Assembly (NCBI RefSeq): GCF_964204645.1
Contig: NC_134029.1
Location: forward strand, 496,001-560,000
DNA length: 64,000 nucleotides
Direction of reading: 5' to 3'
Source of the DNA: Tubulanus polymorphus
Taxonomy: Eukaryota > Animalia > Nemertea
The translations under genes were made by a program, and so were the position numbers. This document shows positions 1 to 16,920 of the stretch, one piece after another (positions within the stretch are counted from its first letter, which is position 1; the number at the start of each line of letters is the position of its first letter). The notes under the pieces were generated by a model. That model did no database searches, had not been told where the DNA came from, and worked only from the letters and a program-made list of their open reading frames with translations.

Positions 1-47
1 TCTAACGAGTGTTTTCCTACAAATTAATGCAGCTCATTCTCGAGAGT

Positions 48-383
48 ATTTCGAGGGGTCGGGCTGTAAGGCCAAGTATACCTGAAGGGGGCGGCATTTC
101 GAGGGGTCGGGCTGTAAGGCCAAGTATACCTGAAGGGGGCGGCATCTCGAGGGGTCGGGCTGTAAGGCCAAGTATACCTGAAGGGGGCGGCATTTCGAGG
201 GGTCGGGCTGTAAGGCCAAGTATACCTGAAGGGGGCGGCATCTCGAGGGGTCGGACTGTAAGGCCAAGTATACCTGAAGGGGGCGGCATTTCGAGGGGTC
301 GGGCTGTAAGGCCAAGTATACCTGAAGGGGGCGGCATCTCGAGGGGTCGGGCTGTAAGGCCAAGTATACCTGAAGGGGGCCGG
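48..383. repeat. 48-bp minisatellite, about 7 copies
   Basis: Unit ATTTCGAGGGGTCGGGCTGTAAGGCCAAGTATACCTGAAGGGGGCGGC repeated head to tail. It explains the repetitive ORFs 9..446, 17..337 and 34..411. Confidence 0.95.
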
Positions 384-811
384 GTCGACAGGTTGATGGA
401 ATTGAAATCATCGCTTCTCCGCCCCTTGTCTAATCTACTGTCGTGATGTATCTTTATCTTTCTACATTTTTTTAAATCAATTATCTACTCACTCTCTTAG
501 TTATTAATTATTATGTCACTCATAATTTATTTGTAATTACCCTCTCACTCAGTTCTCCGTAATTAGTGTCAGTCTACCTACAAATTCTGTTGTTTTTCTA
601 TTGACTACACTCATTCACTTGATGAAGCTGCGAGATTCATTAGAAGCGAAAACTTGTTCGACAAATAAATAGTTAACCTATACAAGACTACTCGTCTTGT
701 TACTTATTTTAAACCTGGTTACAACACGGCTACTCTACGAATACATTTTGTGCGTATGAATCGATAAACAAATACAGGTAAAAATGACAATCGTGTTTAT
801 TTACACAGTGG

Positions 812-6066
<5,255 letters not shown>

Positions 6067-6799
6067 AAAAATCCTCTGAAATTAAGAGAACAAATTCTTA
6101 AAATTAATTGTAAGAAATTTCTGAAAGAAGTTTCTTCGTCGTAAACTTCGTTTATTTGTTGGACTTCGTCTTCTCGATACAATTAAAAAACTTGAATCTT
6201 TTTCTAGCCTCGGTTGAATATATCGAAACAGCTCATAGTTTTGACCCATGAAACTGTTTTATCCCTCTCCTTAATCACAATTAAATAAAATAAGAAAAAA
6301 AGACCTAATTTACTATTACTGCATCTGTTAACTGTAGCGTCTATGAGTTACACTTCTTGAATCAATGTCATTGCATTACCTTAAATTATTCACATTGTAC
6401 ATACCTTCTTTCAATGAATACGAATTCTTTTTTTTGTATTTTCTTAAGAATCTTAAGAATAACTTAAACGTGTAAAATTTTCGACGATTTCAAATATCTA
6501 AACTTTGCCGTTGTATGTCGTAAACACTAACGAATACTATATCATTATCTATCAACTTTACCTGAAACATATTTCGTCGATCGGTTCAAAATCAATCTGT
6601 ATATGAACAAAGCATTTATTACGAACAAGAAACTTCTGTTGGAGAAATGAATTAAATAAACTTCTATGTTTTTATAAAATATGATTTATTTTTTCTAAGG
6701 TTTTCAATGTATTGATGGCTTCAATTTATAATAGAATTTTCTGTACGCGTTTTACCCACGCGATTGACTGCGAAACCTCCGTCTTACAACATCTTACAC

Positions 6800-6922
6800 A
6801 ATTTAGCTGACGTTTAACACAATAACAGCTGACGTCATACACAATTCAGTTGACGTGTGACACAATATAGCTGACGTCACTATCTGACGTCATACACAGT
6901 TTAGCTGACGTGTGACACAATA
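6800..6922. repeat. Degenerate ~21-bp tandem repeat containing TGACGT(CA)
   Basis: About 6 units resembling AGCTGACGTCATACACAATTT, between the convergent 3' ends of the esterase and ENaC genes. Confidence 0.7.
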
Positions 6923-7091
6923 CGGAACAAACTTTCTTTTACATATACAATAAAGGAAATAACATTGCTGGAAAATCTTATTTATAATGAATTCTTTATT
7001 TATATCCAATTTAGACACATTACATCAATAGATTGAGAGTCGAATTGTTAAGAATCGTAAAAACATCAAATTCAGAACAGAAAACCATTCT

Positions 7092-10000
7092 TTATTTCAC
7101 CGATATTTTAACGAATGGTCGCAACTTTTGCAGCAGGACTAAAAATATCTGAAAAATCAACTCGATTAGTTCAAAAACCGCCAGTAAAGAAAGTCCGAGC
7201 CACAGTCCTATTGTACCGCCGATATCAGCCATCAGTCTGTTACCCTGGAAACAGAAATAGCGACATCTATGAGTGGAGGTAGGAATCAATAATTTAGAGG
7301 ATAATCAATAAGAGATACCGTACATCATAGGATGGAAGCTGCTGAATCTTTTGAAAGTTGATTTCCTGATAATAAACATCCAAACGTACTGTGTTTTTCC
7401 TATAAATATATACCGGATATATAGTGTTCGACGGTGTCACCACCTAGTGGAAGTAAATAATCGATTATGCAAATCAGACTCACTTGCTTTCTAACGAAGA
7501 ACCAAATTTGCGCTGTAAAAAATGGAAAAAGTTCATACGTCAACGAATTGATCTCGAGTTTACAGATTGATATTTCTGAGATTACCTTGTACATGTCGTT
7601 TGGCCATTGAGCTGACGAAATAGTCGCAGAAAAATCCACATTTCTACATTTAGAAAAAACAAATTTCCACCATGAATAGAATTTTCATAGCTTGACCATA
7701 GAAGTTGATATTCGCCATTGAACTTACAGACAGTCCATTTGACAGTCACATGGTAAAAGCCCCAGGGACCAGTCATACAACAGTTCGTCCAAACACGCAT
7801 CTTGTCTGGAACACGGTCTCGATTGATTCTGACTGGTTTCATTATCACCATTACTGACCAGATCAGAAAAGGCAGTCAAATTCAGCCCGAATGGAATCTC
7901 TTTCGAAAAACATTCACAGATACTAAACACATGCCTCTGGAAACACGTCTTATGACAACTCTGAAATAAGATTTGAAAAGAACCGAGGTTTAATATCGAT
8001 TGATGTTTGACTCGGCGGTGAGACGACTATTAACTTACAGAAACAGTGTAATCAACCCCATAAACCTCGGAATAAACAGACTTCTTGTGTTGATTTATCA
8101 GACCGTTTGGTTGAACGCATTTATCGGGATGTGGATCCGGTAACCGAATTACTTCAACCTGAAATAGACAATTATCTATCAGCAGCAGAATGGGCCCTGC
8201 AATATAGGCTAAGATATATTTGCTCTGTTCAAAGGCTTATCATTCTTTAGAATTCTAGAGCTACGCATATTACCGAATTCCAAATAAAATTTTCATAGGC
8301 CTATATCCAAAACAGAACGAACCCGTTTAACGCTGATAGAAGTGAGTGCTCCAGGAGCTGCGTAATATCCATAATCCTCAGGAAAAGGCATATAACCTGG
8401 CTCGTTTATTGAAACGCGAACTCCTGCGATATCTGTGATATCCGGAATATATTCAAACGGTTCTATATCTAACTGTAACTGTAAACCTAAAACAGACGGA
8501 TGTAAAATAATCATACATTTGTCATCAGTCATTATCTACTTCACACTGCGCCACGGGTGACTGAGTTTTGAAGGCAGAGTAATCTCCACGACCCGTGATC
8601 GAACGGGTCAGTCAATCGCCTTTGAGACCGGAGATCCGAGATCGAGCATCGCGAATTTTTCAGTATCATGTTCGGACGATGGTAATGGTCACTCACCGAA
8701 ATCAGGACCAGTCCTGAATGATTTCCAAGCTTTGGCATTGTTCCAACCTGAGTTAAAAACGTAGCAATTTCCGAAACGATTGGTGTTAAATTCTGTAAAA
8801 TTACTAAAAGAGGGAAATAAGAGATTAGATAAAACGAATGACTGTAGAACTGGGTACAGTATGACCCACTGGGCCCGGGTTAAAGATAATACCAGTCTAT
8901 GAAACCGGGCCCTGCTGTAGAACTGGGTACAGTATGACCCACTGGGCCCGGGTTAAAGATAATACCAGTCTATGAAACCGGGCCCTGCTGTAGAACTGGG
9001 TACAGCATGACCCACTGGGCCCGGGTTAAAGATAATACCAGTCTATGAAACCGGGCCCTGCTGGAACTGGTATCTAATACATACGCAGTCGTACACTTTT
9101 CCCCTGCATAAAAACAACTCTTCAACATATTCTTCAATTGATGTCCACTTTCTTTTCTCTTCCACATCGGAATCTTCGCCAAACCGTCAGTGAATGATCC
9201 AACATTTTCCCCTAGATCTGACGGCTGAAATGATAACAATTCACACACTTTGTTCGGGGTCTCGTAAATGCAAAAATAAGCTCGGTATTAAAGCAGTGTA
9301 TGGAACATACTGGAAGTTTCGTTTTAGAAGTTGTAGTTTGATTTAGACTAGTTGATGGTGACACTGGTGGTAGTGATGGTGATGCCGGTGGTACTGATGG
9401 TGGTACAGCATTCCTTTTACGTCTGAATAAATCACCCTGTAAATACATTACACGGGCACGATACAAAATAAAAAAACGTTTGATCTTGTAGACCAGATAT
9501 CAGAATGATCTACTATGATCATCAATTACAGTTACCAGATCATCAATTCCGGGTATATCTGGCTCCTCATAATCAGTTACATTCGGAGCTGCAGTTTGTG
9601 GATCGCTCCATGATTCAGTATTGATCGCAGCTGTAGTTTGGGGGTGGCTCCCAGATACAGTACTGATCGGAGCTGTAGTTTGAGGGTGGCTCCCAGATTC
9701 AGTATTGATCGGAGCTGTAGTTTGAGGGTGGCTCCAAGATGCAGTTGTTGCTGTGGTTTGTTCATCATCCTCTTCATCATCATCGTCGTATTCATCTTTG
9801 ATTTTGTTCCAGATTTTTGAAGCAACGTCTTGAAGATTAGTTGAACCTGTTTCGTCTTCTTCCAAAATCTCCGTGAGTTCAGTATCAAAATAGTTTTCTT
9901 TCGACAGCGATTTGATCTTTGATAATCTGTTCATTAAAATCAAAATTAAACTCCTATCAATTATCGGTTATTAGGTTTTGCAAGACTCTGGGTTCAGTTG

Positions 10001-10807
10001 CAAGTCATGGCGTAGATTTAAGATCAACCCAAGAACATTTTAGTTCTATAGTCAATCTAAAAGCTTAACACCACATTTAAGATTTAAGACCACTTAAGGA
10101 TGTACGACAGAAGGCTACTGTCGTGCTGCTGAGGATTGTATTTACCTGATAGGATTTACGTTACATATAGTCACAGCTGGAAATCTCAATTCGGTTTGAT
10201 ACTCGTAAGATACATCAGTTTTGACTGGGTGCGTTTTGTAGGTTTTCACGAATGACGCTAAAGTTATCACCAAATAACCTTAAATCAAACTCAAACAAAT
10301 CAAATTCGTTGCCTTATCGTTATAGACGCCTTCTATTAAATAAAACGTGATATAATCTATGGTTACTTTATGACGAAATCACTATGATAATATCATAGCA
10401 TGTCAAGCTGCGATGGCCGAGAGGTTAAGGCGTTGGACTCGAAATCCAATGGGATCTTCCCGCGTAGGTTCGAACCCTACTCGCAGCGAGTTTCCTTTTA
10501 CAACTTTTCGTTAATCGATTTTACGATATAAAGATCTCGTTATATTTTTACGGAAATGAAATTAATGGGTACACAATACTGACTCCTCTAGAGTAGTTAC
10601 TTTACTAATAGAGGGAACATATTTCACGGAAGTAAAATTAACGGGAATATGCTTACTGACTGCTGCTAGTGTTAAAGCTAACCAGATAATTTTTCTGAAC
10701 CAAGACGTTGTTCTTTCGATATTTCCAACACCGTGACAGTTAGTATTACTGGCCCAGTCTCTTATCACTCCACTAACAGTCTTACCACCTTCAGCTTTAT
10801 CGATCAT
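7092..10807 (-). CDS. DEG/ENaC family channel, FaNaC-like (multi-exon)
   Basis: N-terminal NCHG motif plus TM1 (exon 10657-10807), FPAVTICNVN (10146-10278), GHQLKNML..C, FGNCYVFN, GLQLQLDIE, Cys-rich thumb, TM2 MADIGGTIGLWLGLSLL (7092-7245). GT-AG boundaries phase-consistent where checked. Confidence 0.92.
8842..9073. repeat. 73-bp tandem repeat x3, in ENaC intron
   Basis: Units start at 8842, 8915 and 8988 (CTGTAGAACTGGGTACAG...AAACCGGGCCCTG). Confidence 0.93.
10407..10488 (+). tRNA. tRNA-Ser(CGA), antisense in ENaC intron 1
   Basis: Identical to 5567-5648. Confidence 0.95.
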
Positions 10808-12881
10808 AGCGTCTTTATTGAGGATTTCAACCTTGAAGTGTTAATTAGAAAGACTCGTATAAGGGAGGCTCGAATCTTAGTGGGAAAGTGCCCTTCAAAA
10901 AGTAACTGCCAAAAAATTCGTAGCAAAAAGTGCCATTTTCATGGTGAAAAAGTGCTCTTTTGTTGAAACAGAACTGTGACTCAACAAAGCTTGACACGGG
11001 CCTGATATAAGGACTGGGACTACACTCGTGGGTGGGCTAGAGCTGCCGATAATTCTCGGTATAACACTTTGATTAAGATTAATAGGTTACTCCAGGGATA
11101 CATCAGACACATCCCAGTGAGAATTGCAACCGCGTTCCCCAGTATTAAAATATTGACTTTACGAATTGAATAATAGCATTAAATGAATCGAGATGGAATT
11201 AATTGAATTCAGAATTATTGTTCACTTTATGATCTACACGTGGAATATAAATATTTATAGTGATCAACAATAACTGGGTAAATTACAGGAACTAAAACAA
11301 TTATACATTTTCTAATTCAACATCAAACATGATTTGCTGGAAATGTGGTTTAAAAGCTCTGATGCAAATAGGTGTTACTCATTATAATAAGGAAAGCGTT
11401 ATTCTATACAGCAAGGTAAAATTAAGTTTTTGGTTCTTTTTTAAAATTGGGATTGAAATGTCGGTATTTTAAGGTTCGAATCTCCATGATAACTCTTTCG
11501 AGATTCTTCATTCCTCAAGCTCTCAACCGACAGATTCGAGGTTCGAATCCACGTCTTCGCTTTGAGTAACGGCGACATTTAAACGACGCGTACTTTATTC
11601 GCAAATATAGACAATACAGAAAATTAGTTTTGAAAAATAAAAACAGTTGAAGCAATTTCAACATTCATCCGGAGAAACCTAGCGTTTATTAGAAAATGAG
11701 TAAATTAGAAAACAAATAACCATTGATGAAACACAGTGAGTCCGTGTTGTGATGATAATGCATAAATCCCGCAAATAGAATGGAAAATGGTCTGAAAAGA
11801 GAATTCCTGAAAACGACAGGAAATAGTAGAAACTTTGAATAAACTCTTAACCCAAGGAAAAATTTCCGACTTTATTTCCATAATCATAGATTGTGGAATT
11901 TTTGGCTATACATTAACAAACCAATTTTTAAAAGGCGGATCATTTAAATGAACTGATTATGCCAGAATGAAGGTATACGACGAGAGAACCATTCAGAACT
12001 TACCGGAGTCGTGTTGCTATTTCCCATTGACTAAAGTCCAACTGATTCTGATAGAAAAAATAAACTATTCAACTGATTTTTTCTCGCAATTTCGATTATG
12101 TTTTAGCACTAGCCGCACTGGGAGAGAATGCGCAGGCAACAGTCATTATACAGATTTATACAGTAAATAAAATCACACAGCCTCCATTCAACAGCAAACA
12201 ATTCATGAATTGTTGCATTCGAAAAGTGTCCGACTAACTTCATCAATTACAGTTTCTATGACTACAGGAACAACGCCACCTATAATCAATTAAAGAGACG
12301 ACTGAAGTGCCTCATTGTTCTAAATTGCTAGTTTGTATTTTGTTTTGTTTCGCTAGAAATTGTATCTTTTTCATAGAAATGGAATTTGTTTTATTGCCGC
12401 GGCGTCGGTTATAACTAATAATCCAAATGTGTTTATATAACAGAGAAACCACAAAAAAACACCGGTCGCAATTTTCTAGTGGTTTTAATCAATTTATTAC
12501 GATTACAAAAACCTGATCGTCATCAAGTGGTGACAGCCGAATGTCAACAATAATTCACTAGATTGTCCTCGCATTAAAGATAACACACGCTAGAATCATC
12601 CATTGATGCTTCAAGTAGATAACGCAACATAGGTTCATGAACTTTTTAGATCAATATTAATTCATCGCCAGTCATTTTGTAATTAAGTAATTATCATTAG
12701 TTTCGTGTTGGAATGTACGTTTTAGTTTATATACAAATATTACGAAGAGTTTTTAGATCACGATGATTACAAGAAGAAACGCATGATGGACATCGACTAA
12801 CGAGGAACAAAGTTGTTTAAAAAAAAATCTAGAATATCAATGACGCGATCGGTTGAAAATGATTTTCCTAAAAATATGTGA

Positions 12882-12955
12882 TGGCCAGTATGGGGCTCGA
12901 ACCCATGACATTCGCGTTATTAGCACGACGCTCTAACCAGCTGAGCTAACCGGCC
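12882..12955 (-). tRNA. tRNA-Ile(AAT)
   Basis: 74 nt GGCCGGTTAGCTCAGCTGG...CGTG-CTAATAA-CGCG...GGTTCGAGCCC...CTGGCCA. Confidence 0.95.
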
Positions 12956-14555
12956 GATGTGGAAGAATTCTTAACGAATTGTTTCCGTTGAATTGAATCA
13001 TACGTTATCAATGTAATCTTTTTTCCATACAATTTTGCAAATTAAAGTTCAAATGGTATAGTCTTGTGTTTCAAGACTGGCCTTAAGAAGTTAGATTGAC
13101 TAAAGACCAAAATGACCTTAGACTTGTCTTATATCCGACCCTTGACTGTGCAAGAGCTGTTGTGGACAATTCAAGGACAGTCGGTTCGTAAAAGTGAATA
13201 TCTCTTATTACTCCAATCTCTTATCATCTCTTCAAATTGTGCCTTATCTTCGGTTAATAGAACTCTATATTGTAATTAATATCGCGTGATAAGAAGGAGT
13301 TTTATTCCCTGTGAAGCGATGCATTGAATTTATTTCTTGGAATGTATCTCCTCATTCTCGCCGCACACCAGTCAGTGAGTGGTGTTGAGATGGATCAGCT
13401 GCCAGTATGATGGTGGTGATCATGGCCGTTTGGATAGAATTCACTGATATCACATTCATGCTATTGTTCCATATAAGGAGTTAAAACTTTGTTCACACAA
13501 AATTTTCAGAAGTAAGTAAATATTATTCTCTTTTTTTAATTATTTTTACGATGTTTAATGTATTTCACAAGATGACACATTCAGGATCCAGTTCCATATA
13601 TTTCCTAGTTACAGTTAACTCTAAGCTAAAATCTGTTTATTTCCGATGTTTTTATTCAAATTTGACTCAGAACTATGAAACTGGATTCCGGAGAGTATCA
13701 TGTATTAGAACATAAAAGAAACCTTTGTTTTGTGGAATTTCGGTTGACATTTTTACGGAATTCACTAAATTGATTTCTGCTTGTCACATATAAGGAAATG
13801 GCCTTGAAAATATTTATTGTTTTTCTCATTTTTCTATGTTTTGAAATGGGGAAAAACTGAAGGTTCTAAAAGGTGATAAATATAAATAAGGTGGTTGTGC
13901 ACTATCCTCCTCAGAAAAGTCAATGCGTATTGATAATTTTTTGTAGTTTAATACATGGTCTTCTGAAAATGGTTTTGAGAATCCTCTCACAATAATCATC
14001 CCCCAACCCCTAAACAGATTATATTATTGATAAGTGTGTTTAATTACGTCTGACAGAAGGCGTGATTTCGACGTTGATAGATTTGTTGTTTCAACTGTAC
14101 GCAAATAACCTGAAAGTTGTAAATTCAGAAATAGTCTTTTTTTTGTAACGTTGACGTTTAATCAAATTGATTGCACGCAGTTCGAATTAGAAAAAAAAAC
14201 CTTTTCAATTTGAAGATTGAGGCGTCACGCGATTATTTATTATAGTGAAGAGAGATTAGGAAGGAGAGGCCTGCTGAGGGAACCTGCTGAGAGACTAAGT
14301 GATCTTTAATCAAACTCTCCGCGATCACATGATGAGGTATGCTGCTCATACACTGGTTTGTGATGTTGATTATCAAGGAACGGGTTGTTGGCCACTGGCA
14401 AGACAATCTCATGAACCACTACATGTTTTACCATCAGTCAGTTTCCCCACCACCTGACGCCACCAACTTTTCTAGTTCAAATTCGATTCACTTGACTTAT
14501 GACATTTCAAAACTTTCAAATTTGTATTTAAATATGAAAAGAAATCCCGCCTTCA

Positions 14556-14756
14556 CACTAGCACCACCTAGCGGATCCGCGTTAACCTCAGTAGCATTTT
14601 CCCGCTTAATCTCAAAACACTGAATTTGCACTAGTGCCACCTAGCGGATGGCCGATTGAAAATGAGAAATTGGAAATAGAAATTTGAAGAACACTGAGTT
14701 CACAGTAGCACCACCTAGCGGATCGATCTCGCGTTCACACTAGCGCCACCTAGCGG
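14556..14756 (-). promoter_or_regulatory. Cluster of four co-oriented CTCF-like motifs
   Basis: CA(C/G)TAG(C/T)(A/G)CCACCTAGCGG at 14556, 14629, 14703 and 14738. The reverse complement CCGCTAGGTGGCGCTAG matches the bilaterian CTCF core. Confidence 0.6.
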
Positions 14757-16736
14757 GTCTTCGATTGTTAGGTTCTCGGATGCCGATTTCCTCATCCGGT
14801 CCGCGATTCGTATAAATGTTTGGTTTCATGATGTATTCCGTGAATCGAAAGAAAAAAGATAATAAATTCACAACACGTAAAAATAGAACCGACGGTCTCT
14901 AAACACGACACGACCATGAAACAGCAATTCTGAGAATTATTTCCATAATCTAATGACGAGGAATGATACATCGAAACTAAGTTTATTATTGTGTGTGAGA
15001 GATGTGTAACATATCTAACTCGGTATGAATTGTTCAGAATCATAACCTGAGATAAGTTCTCTACGGGGACCAGTTTCATTATGCAGTTATACTGCGTTCT
15101 AACGCCATCGATTAGACCTGACAGAACATGGCGACCGGCGTTATTACCAGTGATGAAACAACACTCTGAGTCCGTGCTGCTGTTAAAACGATATAAAATC
15201 CTACACTTGAAATGAAAAGAGTCCGAAACATCATTTCCTTAAGCTAATGATTTATTCAACGTTTTGACTTCATCCTAATAGTCATCTTAAACTAGCAGTT
15301 AATTCAACATTCCTATTATATCCCTATTGTCATCTTCAGCAATGTAATTAGTGTAATAATTGAATTGAGAATGACAGAATTTTCATTGAATTTTTGTTAG
15401 ATTTGTTCTTTCAAAATGTTGGCATTAACTCGTGACTCCTGACATTCAAAGTTTATTGATAACAGAATTTGTTGCTTTCCCGTGAAACCATTGTTACATT
15501 AAGTAGCTATGAATAACTTTGATAATGCATAGATTTAAGATTGATAAATTTAACCCATCAGGTAAAACAGAACGGGGTAGGTCTAGAGCCGAGTAGACCA
15601 GAAATGGAAAATGCATGTAAAAGATGACGTGTCAAGCTAGTGATGGATATGAGGTAACCTTGCTGCCGGCGACTCCACGCGATTCACTATTAGTCTGACA
15701 ACCAAGAGATGGATTTGACAATAAAACTGCGTTTATATTCGAAAAGTGTCGACAGAGGAATTTGACATTATCAAAACTTGTTGAAAGCTAAATTCTCACT
15801 ATCATTAGCCTTGAGATTCAAGGAACAATCTGGAAATCTGCCAAGCTCAGTCGATTCTTAAAAGATAGTTTAGCGACCAAGGTTTTTGACAAGTTTCTCC
15901 CAGTAAATTTATTGTGTTTTCTATTTTTATGCGTGATATTGTTATAGCGATCAAGTTACAGTTTATGGTGTTATTTGAGTCACCACTTAGAGGTGGCGGG
16001 TTCGAACTTTAATGTACCCGAACTATTCCGGGTTTGAGTCACGACTGAGACGATGATGGGTTCGAACCCCACAAACCCGTGCTATTTGATACAGACATAT
16101 TGTCAGTGTTTCCTCAGCTGGTTTACTGATATAAGTCCTGGATGTGACGGTTCCTCTCTTGTGAAGTTCAACACGCTGTTGACAATAAATATTGTTTATG
16201 CACAAACCGAATCCATCAATCACGTGTTTATAAATTAATCGATGACGTCATATCCGTCAGCGTGAGAAAACAACGATCCATCATCTGGCGGTCGGTTTTT
16301 ATAAAGACTATTTACACGAATTGACCTTCGATATAATGTAGCAGTAACACTCAATATGGTTATAGACTCTCTCTCTCTCTTTCTCTCCGTGGACACATCT
16401 GGGGTTATAGTCGTTAACACAGTGAAATATTACCATTTATTCTGATCATTGCGTTCATGGGTCCTGGGGACTTCTTTAAACGTGTCGTAGTTATCACCGT
16501 AGTTTCTCCGTGGTGGCTGTGATAGTTATTTCCATACCACACAACCGCGACTTTATCCTTAGGGTTAACTTTGACATCCGGTCTATAAAAAACTGGGTCA
16601 TTGCTGATATTTTTTGTGGATTGTGAATTGTCTGATTGTAACCGTCGTTTGTTTGAATTTCTGGATGTAGAAAAAACATACCGCATATTCAGTTACACAA
16701 TAAACACGGCCCGGGGCTGTGTGTGGTTTCCGTTCA

Positions 16737-16920
16737 GCTCATCTCGGGAACAGCTCCTCAGATTCCTCTGATGTCCACTCGTCTCGGGAACAGCTCCTCA
16801 GATTCCTCTGATGTCCACTCGTCTCGGGAACAGCTCCTCAGATTCCTCTGATGTCCACTCGTCTCGGGAACAGCTCCTCAGATTCCTCTGATGTCCACTC
16901 GTCTCGGGAACAGCTCTTCT
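16737..16920. repeat. 40-bp minisatellite, about 4.5 copies
   Basis: Unit CTCGTCTCGGGAACAGCTCCTCAGATTCCTCTGATGTCCA. Confidence 0.95.

Noticed and set aside
9-446. Repeat-protein ORFs at the window start
   Set aside because: Open in several frames only because the 48-bp unit lacks stops in those frames; no ATG start or domain.
13369-13512. Non-coding first exon (Inr-like start, GTAAGT donor), perhaps of the GPCR at 20717
   Set aside because: Plausible but cannot be supported without transcript data.
14556-14756. CRISPR-like repeat-spacer array
   Set aside because: Eukaryotic context, irregular spacing, short repeats and no cas genes; a transcription-factor motif cluster fits better.
16414-16686. 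Possible coding exon on the minus strand
   Set aside because: No recognisable domain and no convincing splice partners.
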